Positions 9,031 through 19,866 of a stretch of DNA of 64,000 nt are shown piece by piece. The notes beneath the pieces were generated by a model that did no database searches, was not told the origin of the DNA, and was given only the letters and a program-made list of their open reading frames with translations. Numbering within the stretch: position 1 is the first letter of the stretch; each line of letters begins with the position of its first letter. Made by a program: the position numbers and the translations under genes. This stretch comes from Histomonas meleagridis 2922-C6/04-290x (Eukaryota; Protista; Parabasalia): NCBI GenBank assembly GCA_020184695.1, contig JAANOX010000280.1:620001-684000 (forward strand), given 5' to 3'.

Positions 9031-11901
9031 TCATTTGTTAGCATGACATGCAATATGTGCAACACAATTGTCGTTTGTCACCACGAAATAACTTCCAAGC
9101 ACAGGTTTCCCACAGACGATACACTTTGGGTTATTTGAGTCCACTTCCACTTTACCCATTTGCAGCGATTTCTTTTGTTTTTTCTTCGTTTCAATAGTTT
9201 TCCTTAACAAAGCGTTTTGTATTTTCAACAAACGCAACTTGTTGATATGCTTCAAAGTCGCAGCTTTTAAGAAGCTTTGCATTGATTGAAGGGTGAATGA
9301 CTTTGGTATTGATTCTATAATTGTTTGTAAGTTCATCATTTCTCCTTTTTCATTTAATAATCGTAAAATCATTTGATCGATTGTTTTCTTATTTTCTTCA
9401 GTTCTTTGTTGGCAATAACCGAAGAACAATTCGGTATATATTGAAGAAGTATTTTCATTATTTTCATCATAAACAGAATCGCAGAAATTTAACGCAACTT
9501 CTGATGTGATTTTAGGCGATGATATCATATCAATACATTGTTGAGGCTTTGCTTCTTTAGTTAAAAGTCTTCGCTTTAATACAGCAAGTTTCTCTTCAAT
9601 TAAACCACGTTCATCAACTTTAGTAATCGCTTCAAGTATTTGTACCGAATTATAATATTTACCATCGCCATATTTAAGGATCTTTACTAAACCTGTTCGA
9701 ATTTCTTTTAGTTCTTTACTTTCACGTGATATTGGTATATAATTCGGATCTTTAGATCGTTTAAATTCGTTTTTACTTTTGATCATGTTTAAATATAAAT
9801 TAATTAATAAAGTATGAACTCGTTCTGTTTCATCATGTAATTGATATATATCATAATCTAAGAAATGTATTTGCGCTTGAATACTATCATTAGTTGATGA
9901 ATTATTCGTAATAATTTTAATGATATTATTAACATCAGTTGGCTTTAAATGTTTCGAATTAAATACTTCAACAGATTTGGTGGGATCATTAGTACTATGT
10001 AATATTTTGGGATAATATTCTTCGCCTAATTTCATGAAATCTTTGGAATCTTTAATATAATCAATGACTTGATTCCAATCTTCTTTACCGGGTACTGTAA
10101 ATGTTTCTAATGCTTCACGATGTCGGCCATACGTCTGACATAATTTCTTATGATAATCAATGAATTGTTTCTTTAATAAGAAGTCTGATACAACACCAAA
10201 TAATAATGGCTTTTCTTTAGAGATAAACTTCGGTATTCGTGTAGCTGCTCCAACTTCATTAAAACATCGAATTAATAATGTGTTATATATTTTAATTTTC
10301 GTTGGGTTTTTCTCATTTTTAAGATTCTCTTTGATATATTTCATTAATTCATTAAAAATAGTTTCTCCATTTGCTGTTGTCGTCATTTTATGGAATAAAA
10401 TGTTTTTGATTTCTTGTTCCGATTTTTCTGTTTCAATTATCGAATTTTCTGTCCATTCTTTGATTTCATTAATATGAGTTTTAATGTATTCGATTGTAGG
10501 AATTTCTTCTTTAGACATCGCTTGTTCGATACATAACTTCTTCGAATTTAATATTTCTTCCGCTGTTAAATTGTTATCAATTGCATTCTTTAAGTTAATT
10601 AATAATCGTTTATACTCTTGACAATCACTAATAGCTAATTTCTCAAATAGATTTTCTTGTGATAATTTTTCAAATTGATTTTCTTGCCCTTTAGTATTAG
10701 GCGAATTTAATAATGATTGGAACTTACGTATCATTACAAACGGATGTTGCTTACTCTCTTTAAAATATTCAAATGCTTTCGCAATTGTTTCGGGACTTCC
10801 TTTCCCTGTATCAAATAAGTTTTGACTATAATTCGCATAGATTTCTTGAATCGTTTTCTCTGGATTAAAATCATTTAACTTAATTAAGTTACATAGTTTT
10901 AACATATAATCCCATCTTGACTTTTGCCCAGAACTTTGGATTAATTGAAGATGTGGATTATATGGTGGGGAACTATTCAAACTAAATTTACTACAATGAA
11001 TAGTAGAATTGTTTGTAATAATGACTGTGAATTTTTCTAAAATACAAATTAACGGTGCCTTGAACCTATCGTTGTATTCAATTTTCTCCTGTATCGGCAC
11101 AACCGTCGTAGTGACCATAAAGTTCCGACTTGAAAACCCAAAACAATAAGGAATGTGAACATGTAAACTTATCAATTCGTCGGGGTACCTCATGTTTGTA
11201 ATGTCTAGTGATTCGCCTATACATTGTAATTGATTATTAGAACAAACTGCAATGTATGTGTTCTTGTTTTCGACAGGGACTATGAATCGCGTTTTAGAGG
11301 GTTTTGGATTGGATTTGATTATGTTTAATAAATGATCAAAAATAATAAATTGATTCTTTTCACAAATCATAAACGTGGATGAATTGGTTCCAATTATATC
11401 CATGATTTTGTATTTGTGATTGATAGAACGTTCGGTGATAAAAGAGTTTTCTGAATCATGTTTAAAAACTTTTATGACGTTGTTATCACATACAACTAAT
11501 TGTGAATGATTGTTTAAAGTACATATAAATTGGATTTGTAATGGGCGATTATCAAATAATGCCGGTTTAAAGGATATTATTTCTTCTTTTTCAGGCCTGA
11601 TAAAAAGTTCCTTCCCGGCTAAAATGTAAATAAGTGGTTTATTACTTGAAGAATAAACATATCCAATTGACTGAACAGAATTTTGAACTATATTACGCAT
11701 TGAAGAAACTTTAGATGGTTTGGGCTGTCCACTTTGAAATTCATTTGTGGGATAATATAATAAACTCTTTTTTTTTGTTGCAAAATATACAAAAGATGGT
11801 GTACATGTAAGTGCCACAATAGGAGAGTCTAGTGTTGTAAATGTGCTAAAATTTCGATATGCCCTATCATTAATCGTCTGTGATTCAGGCCAAAGAGTCA
11901 T
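9031..11901 (-). CDS. Vps39/Vam6-like (HOPS/CORVET) tethering subunit
   Basis: 956 aa; beta-rich N-terminus, helical middle, coiled segment then CIVCGKPVLGSYFVVTNDNCVAHIACH, the Cys/His C-terminal motif typical of Vps39/TGFBRAP1. Confidence 0.75.
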   Translation of the reverse strand: MTLWPESQTINDRAYRNFSTFTTLDSPIVALTCTPSFVYFATKKKSLLYYPTNEFQSGQPKPSKVSSMRNIVQNSVQSIGYVYSSSNKPLIYILAGKELFIRPEKEEIISFKPALFDNRPLQIQFICTLNNHSQLVVCDNNVIKVFKHDSENSFITERSINHKYKIMDIIGTNSSTFMICEKNQFIIFDHLLNIIKSNPKPSKTRFIVPVENKNTYIAVCSNNQLQCIGESLDITNMRYPDELISLHVHIPYCFGFSSRNFMVTTTVVPIQEKIEYNDRFKAPLICILEKFTVIITNNSTIHCSKFSLNSSPPYNPHLQLIQSSGQKSRWDYMLKLCNLIKLNDFNPEKTIQEIYANYSQNLFDTGKGSPETIAKAFEYFKESKQHPFVMIRKFQSLLNSPNTKGQENQFEKLSQENLFEKLAISDCQEYKRLLINLKNAIDNNLTAEEILNSKKLCIEQAMSKEEIPTIEYIKTHINEIKEWTENSIIETEKSEQEIKNILFHKMTTTANGETIFNELMKYIKENLKNEKNPTKIKIYNTLLIRCFNEVGAATRIPKFISKEKPLLFGVVSDFLLKKQFIDYHKKLCQTYGRHREALETFTVPGKEDWNQVIDYIKDSKDFMKLGEEYYPKILHSTNDPTKSVEVFNSKHLKPTDVNNIIKIITNNSSTNDSIQAQIHFLDYDIYQLHDETERVHTLLINLYLNMIKSKNEFKRSKDPNYIPISRESKELKEIRTGLVKILKYGDGKYYNSVQILEAITKVDERGLIEEKLAVLKRRLLTKEAKPQQCIDMISSPKITSEVALNFCDSVYDENNENTSSIYTELFFGYCQQRTEENKKTIDQMILRLLNEKGEMMNLQTIIESIPKSFTLQSMQSFLKAATLKHINKLRLLKIQNALLRKTIETKKKQKKSLQMGKVEVDSNNPKCIVCGKPVLGSYFVVTNDNCVAHIACHANK

Positions 11902-12085
11902 TTTGGATTGTCAAATGTGTAACTATATATGTCACTTTTAATTTTACTCAAATAAAACGATACCCAAAATTGAATATCTCATAGAATATTTTGAATGAAT
12001 ACTAAATATCTTCTTTTGTTAGAAGAAAAATCAAAAATCTGATTGATTTAATCATCAACAAAAAAATCAAATCCATTTTTTGCGT

Positions 12086-13417
12086 TTATAATTCATTCAA
12101 GTTAAGATTTTTGATTTTGTCCTTATATTCATCATAATTTTCAGTTGTAAGCACAACCAAATCTCGTTTTTGTAAGCGATTTCTAGTGAATGGGTTTTCG
12201 TTATGTGTCTTAAGGGTAGAAATCCATGTGTTATAATCCAAGACATAACCATCTGGTGACATAGCAGGAACCCTAATTTTTTCTCCAGTTATATAATCAA
12301 TAGCTCCAGGGATAGGGTTAAGAAATGCCCACCTTTCATATCTGCTAACATTCGGTCCGAGAGCATCTGCATTCTTGGATGCCGTGACACTTTTGCCCGA
12401 CCAAATAAACCTGACCGATACAACGTTCTTTGGGTCGACGTTAATTAGTTCGGTTTTTTTACCTTTTCCTTTGGAACGTGATGGTGGTTTTCCATCAGGA
12501 TGAAAGTGAGACCTATGATGAAGTTTTCCATCATCTCCTATGAAATACTGTGAGTCATGAACTTCGCCTGCAAGAATTAACTGACGATAAAAATTACTAC
12601 ATTGATACCCAACACGTCCAGGAATGGCCATTGAAAAAAGCCCCCACTTACCTTCAATGGTATCGTTGTCTCCTCGAACTTCTTTAAGATGTTTGAGAAA
12701 GGCTTTTTTCTCATCATCTGTCCATGGACCTGTTTTATGTGGAACACCAATCGGTGGATTTCGATAGAGAAATGCATTGGGATCTTTCATTCCTAATAAA
12801 TAGGATTTACGATGAACATCACTCCATTTTTTCCAATCTTCTTCTTTGACATCTTTGGGACAAGGTGGAATTGGATCATCTTGATTTCTGGTTTGATTTC
12901 GACCACGAGAATATTTTTTGGGTTTGGTCATTTTTCTTTCATGATGATGATGGTGATTAGATTGTTGACGAACAGAAAGAATAAACTCTCCATCTTCGTC
13001 ATCTCCATCGTCTTGGAACTCGGAGTCAGTCTCGGGATCCGTAGTTGGTTGTGAAACTTCTTTTTTAGGTGGAGGGGAAAATTTCACCCTCAAGGCTTGA
13101 TCAACATCTTCCTTAAAGCCATCTTCATCGAGTTTAAGGATTAGATCATCGGTACAACAATTTGCAATATCAAATGCAACAAATAATTGAAGTGGTGTTG
13201 CATCAGGCCATTTTTCATAAATGGGTGCAATACCACGGTTAAGGCGTGAAAGCTTCATTTCCATTCTTTTCATGGCATCTTTTCGGAAATAGTCAGTATC
13301 AATAGAATCATCAGTATAATTGATTGATTCTTGTAACAATGGTTTGATATCTTCCATTGTGAGCAAACGAGCCTTGTTCTCACTTTCTGTCATTGTGTTC
13401 TCGGATGTTTCGAGCAT
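12086..13417 (-). CDS. Myb/SANT-like HTH protein with C-terminal U-box-like domain
   Basis: GPWTDDEKKAFLKHL..WGLFSMAIPGRVGYQCSNFYRQL (Myb-like) and IDYITGEKIRVPAMSPDGYVLDYNTW...NPFTRNRL (U-box-like). First ATG at 13417. Confidence 0.75.
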   Translation of the reverse strand: MLETSENTMTESENKARLLTMEDIKPLLQESINYTDDSIDTDYFRKDAMKRMEMKLSRLNRGIAPIYEKWPDATPLQLFVAFDIANCCTDDLILKLDEDGFKEDVDQALRVKFSPPPKKEVSQPTTDPETDSEFQDDGDDEDGEFILSVRQQSNHHHHHERKMTKPKKYSRGRNQTRNQDDPIPPCPKDVKEEDWKKWSDVHRKSYLLGMKDPNAFLYRNPPIGVPHKTGPWTDDEKKAFLKHLKEVRGDNDTIEGKWGLFSMAIPGRVGYQCSNFYRQLILAGEVHDSQYFIGDDGKLHHRSHFHPDGKPPSRSKGKGKKTELINVDPKNVVSVRFIWSGKSVTASKNADALGPNVSRYERWAFLNPIPGAIDYITGEKIRVPAMSPDGYVLDYNTWISTLKTHNENPFTRNRLQKRDLVVLTTENYDEYKDKIKNLNLNEL

Positions 13418-14003
13418 TGTTATGCCGTTTAGTTTTAAAGTAAACGGGATTTTATAGGTTTCTATCAATTATTCAATGCTTTACAATAGAACACATGTCA
13501 TATTCAATTGATTTGAAGGGCCATTGATCGCTTGCATTTTTTTCAAGTTTTGCTAACTTTTCAGCCACAGCCATCAATGTTTTACATGTTTTACTTAAAA
13601 CCGCTTTACCACAGCCTGTAAAATCAACTTTCTCACAAGAATTCACATAAAAACATTTTTAAAGTATAATTGTCTTAACAAATGGTAATACAAATCAAAT
13701 TAACTTACAACATAATCCAAAACACAACTTTTAAGCATAAAAATATTGGATCATTTGATGTTAATGAAATAATTTATGCTTTATCAATTAAATTTCACAT
13801 TACCCATAGGCTCAATTTAATGCTTGACTCATGTACCCTCCATATTTTTTAGTAATATAAAAAATGATTAAAATTTGTAAATCATATTTTTTTGTCGAAA
13901 CAAAATTCATATTATTTCTTATTTTTAAATATAACATAATAAGGTACATAACCTTTAAAACTTCTAACCATAATTTTCTACATTTTATGAAATTATTAAT
14001 AAT

Positions 14004-15083
14004 TCATTTCTTTGAATTAGTTTCATTTTGCAATTTTGCAAGTTCTTCTTTTGCTTCTAGTTCTTTTTGTATAAGTTCCTTAAATACTGTGTCCGCGTTT
14101 TTCTTTGTAGGTTGTTCTTTCTTAATCCAATCAGCAAGAAAACTACAATCTATTTGATTCTTCATCACGATATTTTGTAGTTCTTTCTTACGCTCTTCAA
14201 GTTGTTCGGCTCTTGTTTGCAAGGCCGTGTTTTCAGTCATCAGCGTCTCGACATCAATTTCGACCGTTTCTGCGACGGTTGGCTTCTTCAGCGACTGAAG
14301 TTCCAATCGCAGCGATTTAAGTTGATTTTCGATGTCTGCTGTCTTAGCTTTATTTTGTTCATCAATAGTAGCCCATTCTTTACTCTTTGACTCTAGGATT
14401 TGAGAAAGATGAGTTTCTTCATCTTCAAATGATTTAGTCATTGTTGACAATTCTTGTTCGAGTTCGGAAAGACGTTGATTAGCATTAGATACCTGTGAAA
14501 TAACATCTGCGTTTTCTGTTTCATTTGATGCTTTAACACCAAGATCTGATCGAAGTTGTTGATTAAGTTGTTGGAGATCTTGAATACGTGAAGAAATTGT
14601 TTGCTTAGTACCTTGAAGTGAAAGAATAGAACTATCAAGAACTTCTTTGTCGCGCAAAAGAGATGAACGACCACTTTCTAATGAATCACAAAGTTCACGT
14701 GCAAGATTAACTTCTTCTTCGAGATCAGAAAGAGTGGTAGAATTAAGTTCTTTCATTCTAGTGAGTTCACGTTTCTTTGTTAAAAAGAGTGACTCAAGAA
14801 TTGATATTTGATCTGTTTGTGACGTAGGTAAATTTGCTTCTCTTATTTGATCTTTTATTGCTTTATTGTGTTCTTCTATATTAGCGAGACTATTTTTAAG
14901 CTCAGTTTCTTCTTTTTGCAATCTTTCTATTTCAGCGTTTTCGGAAGATGAAAATAATGATTGGAGAAATGTTTGCGAATTTGTTCCCAAGTTTTTAAGT
15001 TGTTCACGAAGGTTATGGTTTTCTGTTTTATATCTTAATACTTCATTTTGAACTCTTTGGAATTCGTCAAGGCTGATAGACAT
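14004..15083 (-). CDS. Coiled-coil protein, N-terminus resembling GRIPAP1/GRASP-1
   Basis: 359 aa, nearly all heptads; ISLDEFQRVQNEVLRYKTENHNLREQL resembles the GRASP-1 start motif as I recall it (EEEFQRMQ..LLELRT.NY.L). Confidence 0.65.
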   Translation of the reverse strand: MSISLDEFQRVQNEVLRYKTENHNLREQLKNLGTNSQTFLQSLFSSSENAEIERLQKEETELKNSLANIEEHNKAIKDQIREANLPTSQTDQISILESLFLTKKRELTRMKELNSTTLSDLEEEVNLARELCDSLESGRSSLLRDKEVLDSSILSLQGTKQTISSRIQDLQQLNQQLRSDLGVKASNETENADVISQVSNANQRLSELEQELSTMTKSFEDEETHLSQILESKSKEWATIDEQNKAKTADIENQLKSLRLELQSLKKPTVAETVEIDVETLMTENTALQTRAEQLEERKKELQNIVMKNQIDCSFLADWIKKEQPTKKNADTVFKELIQKELEAKEELAKLQNETNSKK

Positions 15084-15850
15084 TAAAATAAACGGTTCTG
15101 CACCACTTTTATTTTTGAATTCAAACTTGTCGAGAAAACAATTGCACTTATTCTTTTTTGCATAAGAGAATATTGTATACGATACGGCTGTGGAATAAAA
15201 ATCCAGTAGTTATTGTTTTTTGGCTTAATATTAAAATGCTTTATATTAAATGCATCCTATAAAATTCATTTTTCTGATAGTTTTAATTAATTTTTTCTTT
15301 TTTATTTAAACAGTTTCATAAAAATTGCTTTTGTAGTCTTAATCAATCTTAAATTAGTGACTTCTCAATTGTGAATTTTTACTTTTAGATTTTTTATTTT
15401 TTAGAATTTCAACATCAATTCTAGTAACTTTTGATATCAATTAAGCGCCGTGTCTTTTAATTTAAACAATTTCCATGCTATTTCGTGGAAACTGGGTGCC
15501 AAAGAACCAAAATTTTTCAATTTAACGGTCTTCATATATGTGTTCTTTTTTCGTGTGTTAACCTCGAGTTAACGCATCTAAAAAGAGAATACGCAACAAA
15601 CCTAGACTCTACACATTTTCCCTAGTACAAACTAAGCCGCACTCATTGGTTTAAAGATGATTTCTCTAATTGTTATTTTGAAAGTTGGCCTTTATTTTCA
15701 AAATAACCTTAATACAGTAAGTTATAAATATTATTTCACAAGTTCTGATCTTCTAAATGGTTTATATACCTCTAAAACGCCATAAAAGAATCGATTGCCA
15801 GCGCATTGGATTTGACGAACTCTGTTCAAACAAACCTAAACAAATTCACT

Positions 15851-16588
15851 ATGTGTCCGTTGCGGTTTTGCCAGATGTGTCTTTCGCAATTCCAGAAAGA
15901 ACGATGCCTTCAAGTAATGGATCAATTGTCGTCGTTCACAATTTCAAAGATGTTTGCACAACCAGTTGATCCAGAAAGGGATCGAGTTCCAAATTATTTT
16001 CAAATTGTCAAAAATCCAATGGATTTAGGAACCGTCCGTAAAAAACTCGTTTCAGATCAATACCCAACTGTAGCGAAATGGAAAGAAGATGTTGAGCTAA
16101 TTTGGTCAAATTCTTTTTTGGTGAATAATAAGAGTTCTATTCTTGGTTACATAACATTAGAAATGCAATCACAATTTAGAAAACTTTCACAATATATAAC
16201 AGACAATATAAAAACAGATTGGATGAACAAGCTTTATGCTTTAAGAGATGATTTAGCTAATTTATCATTGAAATCAGGAAAACAAACATCACATTATTTA
16301 ACAAAAAAGGATAAATCAAAGTCCCCGCGGCCAAGTAAACAGCCTGTTCAACCGAAACCAAAAATCAAAAAGACATTTACAAAAGCAGAAATTTGTCAAT
16401 TGACATCCGACATAAATTCACTCAGAAATGATGAAGTACATGTACAAGCAATAATAGATATATTATACAGATATGAAAAGAATTTCAGAATCAAAGGAGA
16501 AGTTCTTGAATTAGATTTAGAAACTCTTCAAACAACAACGCTTTCAGCCTTACGCGAAAAGGTTGATCAGATAATGGGGCTGACATAG
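15851..16588 (+). CDS. Bromodomain protein with ET-like domain (BET family)
   Basis: MFAQPVDPERDRVPNYFQIVKNPMDLGTVRKKL..Y..VAKWKEDVELIWSN; C-terminal TKAEICQLTSDINSL..VLELDLETLQTTTL. First ATG 15851. Confidence 0.9.
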   Translation: MCPLRFCQMCLSQFQKERCLQVMDQLSSFTISKMFAQPVDPERDRVPNYFQIVKNPMDLGTVRKKLVSDQYPTVAKWKEDVELIWSNSFLVNNKSSILGYITLEMQSQFRKLSQYITDNIKTDWMNKLYALRDDLANLSLKSGKQTSHYLTKKDKSKSPRPSKQPVQPKPKIKKTFTKAEICQLTSDINSLRNDEVHVQAIIDILYRYEKNFRIKGEVLELDLETLQTTTLSALREKVDQIMGLT

Positions 16589-16745
16589 CTTAAGTCTTAG
16601 AACTATTTTTTTTTTAATAAATATCTTATGGAATGTTTAAAATTTCTTCTTTGTTAAAAATAAACGGATCTTTCATTTCATATCACTTTTCTCCAAAATT
16701 GACAAAGTTCGTTTTAATTAAAAGATTACCAATAGACCGAAATAA

Positions 16746-17225
16746 ATGGAAGTCAACGTTGATTTGATTTCAGAAAGTACTGCTAAAAGACAAATGAACT
16801 TGTTTAACAGAATTCAGCTTATAGATTTACAGATTAAGGCTTTTAAAGAACCAATAATTAATCAAGAACCTTTTGGATTCTTGTGTCAGAAACCACAGCG
16901 AAGAGCAAAAACAATTGTACACAGACCAATAAGGAAAGCAAAAGTAATTGATTCTTTCCTAATTTCTAAAAAAGGAAATGTTTCAGAAACTTCTGAAGGA
17001 GAATATTCAAGTGCAACTTCAGAAAGTGATACCGAAAAAAAGAGCTCGTCTCATGGTAAATCAGATCAAGCGCCAATTACAGATGAGGACATTCATAAAT
17101 TATTCCCAGACTTTGATGAAAACATTAAAAGACATAATGAAGAAGTACAGAAGTTTCCTGCTTTGGCAGAGCCACCACCTGCACTATCTGCTGAAGAAAT
17201 TTATGAATTTTTTACGAATGAATAA
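16746..17225 (+). CDS. Hypothetical protein
   Basis: 159-aa ATG-initiated ORF with normal composition; no family recognised. Confidence 0.65.
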   Translation: MEVNVDLISESTAKRQMNLFNRIQLIDLQIKAFKEPIINQEPFGFLCQKPQRRAKTIVHRPIRKAKVIDSFLISKKGNVSETSEGEYSSATSESDTEKKSSSHGKSDQAPITDEDIHKLFPDFDENIKRHNEEVQKFPALAEPPPALSAEEIYEFFTNE

Positions 17226-17336
17226 ATATTTATTTTACAAAATTATAATGAAACATATTCATTGCTTAAAGAGGAAAATTTACATTCGAATCTAAGAGAA
17301 AAAGTTTATTTATATAATAACATCAACGAAAATATG

Positions 17337-17792
17337 TTATCCATTTCCTGTGCCTTCTCTATCAATGAAATCGAATAAACCAGAGAAAGAATTTTGATTG
17401 AAAGCACAATCAGAGGCTTCTTGATTTTGTACAATGTAATCTGGTCTATCACATCGTATGTCTTTTTTCCCGAGCGCCTTTTTGACGGTATAAAGTTGAA
17501 TATCTGGAGATTCCTTTTTACACTCATTTAAAACATCTAAAATGAATTTTTCTGTCATTACGGTAATAACTTTAACAACGTTTTTATCAGATGTATACAT
17601 TCCAGATTGAGCTGCAATGTTGGTTGTAACAGCATTTGGAAATGATGTTTGATGTTCATTAAGAGATTCTACTAATTTGGATATATACTCATTTTCTTCG
17701 AGTATTTCTTGTGGCTGATTGATTTGAATGAGCCTTGGAGATGGAATTGGTTGAGGCGGACCAATTGGTCTTGGGCCGGGTGGTTGATTCAT
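17337..17792 (-). CDS. TAF10: TFIID/SAGA subunit TAF10-like histone-fold protein
   Basis: LNEHQTSFPNAVTTNIAAQSGMYTSDKNVVKVITVMTEKFILDVLNEC aligns by eye to the TAF10 core (PTIPDAVT.YYL.RAGF..SD.RI.RLISLAAQKFISDI). Confidence 0.7.
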   Translation of the reverse strand: MNQPPGPRPIGPPQPIPSPRLIQINQPQEILEENEYISKLVESLNEHQTSFPNAVTTNIAAQSGMYTSDKNVVKVITVMTEKFILDVLNECKKESPDIQLYTVKKALGKKDIRCDRPDYIVQNQEASDCAFNQNSFSGLFDFIDREGTGNG

Positions 17793-18125
17793 TTGGAATT
17801 TGCCTTAATTCTTCCACTTTTTAAATTGAATAGTCCTTGTTTTTAAATTTTAATTGATCATTCCTTACTCTTTGAGCAAGTATATTTATGGAAATAATAT
17901 GACTTTAGAACTAACATGAATCATTTACATGCAAGCGTTCCTATTGTACCAAATGAAAAAGACTATAATGGCAAAGAAATGAATATTGTAATTTTCATAT
18001 TTAATTCAAATAAAATATAATATTATAATATGAAGGTTTTAATGAATGGATATCATTAATCATCTTAATTTACTTAATATTTTGGAATATTTGTTAAAAA
18101 ATATTTTTTTGGTAAATAACGGTTT

Positions 18126-19514
18126 ATGATCGTTATCAAATCAATTCACAGTGTTTGTTTAAACACAAGGATGGAAGAACTGAAAGAAGAAAACCTTACA
18201 CCAGTTGGGCTTGACTATCAATCAAATAACCTCCTTGGGAGACAACTCGAGGTAATTACTCATAGCAAATCAGTAATAATAATTTGTTTATTCTTCATTT
18301 CAATTTTCTTCATAATTTTAACTATGTTCCTTGGGCCATCATACACAGACTCGCTTGAGATTCCATTCCGTTTGGACAACGAAGATATGTTTTCTCATTC
18401 TCAACGATTTTCAATTGATATTTCAGAACTTCATTTCTTTCATGACTTCTTTGCAATCGACATGCTTTTTAATTCTGGTTGCAACGAAATTATGCAATTT
18501 AAAATCAGTGCATATTTTTATTCATTTATGTTATTGGGCACACGCTTAGAAGAAAAACAAGAAATGCCCACCAGGGAATTTACTATTGTCTTTAGTAACA
18601 CATCAACGTCAAATAAAATCAGACTCTTTAAAGAAGATCTTATTCATTTTGATCACATGTCTGCTTTTGTTACAATCAGGACGCCCGATCACATTCCATA
18701 CATACCAGTGAAGTTCATTCTTACATATGCTGATCCAGCTTTCAGTCTTTTCCAAGTTTTTATTCGACTTGTTGTTTTTGTTATTTCTCTTGTGATTTAT
18801 ATCAGTTTACTTTTATCCGATTTTAGTCTTAAGAAGTCTCATATTTCACAGAAGTTAATGTTTTATTTAGATTTAATTGCCATTTTTGCTTCGGATCCAT
18901 TATATATTTTGGAATATTTTGTTGAATCAGATTTTTTGAAAATTATTGATTCTATACTTTCACAGCTTCTAATTGTTGCAACGTTATTCACAGCAATTTC
19001 AATGCTTAAAATGAGAGATGTTGCATATGAAGATGTTACATTTTCTTGGCTCTTAAATCAATTTATTCCATTTGGTCTAGCCTTCTTAATTCTTTCATCT
19101 TCTTCAATTTACTCCATCTCCTTATCCAGCAGATATTATGTTTCTAAAGAAAACATCCAAACGATCTTTTCAATACTAAAAGCAGTTTTGATGACCGTTT
19201 ATTTGATTGCGTTTGTAATTGAATCAATACGGTTTAAGTCAGAAACCGCTGAAGAAAAACTGTTGTTAACGTCTTTTGGGGGACTTACTTTTGCGGTTAT
19301 GGTGATTTCTGAAGTTAAAACAATGTTGAGTGAATACTTTGGAAATCATTATATACTTCAGTTCTATTCCATAATAGCAACTGGAATATATGTTTTCTTC
19401 TTTAATTATATAAACTGGCCAGTGGATTTGAGTAAATTGACACTTGAAAAAGAAGACGAACAAAAGGGCGAAGATGAAGTTGTTAATGAAGGACTTGCAG
19501 AACAATTATTATAG
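18126..19514 (+). CDS. TMEM181/Wntless-like multipass membrane protein
   Basis: N-terminal TM, luminal domain, then YADPAFSLFQVFIRL...SQKLMF...ASDPLYIL...IIDSIL and several further TM helices, the TMEM181-type pattern. Confidence 0.65.
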   Translation: MIVIKSIHSVCLNTRMEELKEENLTPVGLDYQSNNLLGRQLEVITHSKSVIIICLFFISIFFIILTMFLGPSYTDSLEIPFRLDNEDMFSHSQRFSIDISELHFFHDFFAIDMLFNSGCNEIMQFKISAYFYSFMLLGTRLEEKQEMPTREFTIVFSNTSTSNKIRLFKEDLIHFDHMSAFVTIRTPDHIPYIPVKFILTYADPAFSLFQVFIRLVVFVISLVIYISLLLSDFSLKKSHISQKLMFYLDLIAIFASDPLYILEYFVESDFLKIIDSILSQLLIVATLFTAISMLKMRDVAYEDVTFSWLLNQFIPFGLAFLILSSSSIYSISLSSRYYVSKENIQTIFSILKAVLMTVYLIAFVIESIRFKSETAEEKLLLTSFGGLTFAVMVISEVKTMLSEYFGNHYILQFYSIIATGIYVFFFNYINWPVDLSKLTLEKEDEQKGEDEVVNEGLAEQLL

Positions 19515-19866
19515 CTAATAAATTATGAATATTAACATAGAAAATTTCTTTTCTAAAGTTTTTTAATTTTTTGTTGTTGTGGTCGTATTTAAAGTCAAAT
19601 TTGACAATCTCTGTTTGATTCAGATTGTAACTAAATTTATTTATGTTTATACAGGAAATATTTATACTGTGTTGGATTAAAATTATATATGAATAAATTA
19701 ATTATAATAAATTATCCATTATATATAAAGTTTTCTCTCTTCACGAAAAAGTGTAATTCAGTACCCTAAAAAGAACATTATACAGATCATAATAAACATT
19801 ACCAGAATAAAAAATTTACATTTTGTTGTTCGCAAACATAAAAAGTATCACTTTAAAAAAGTTTAT

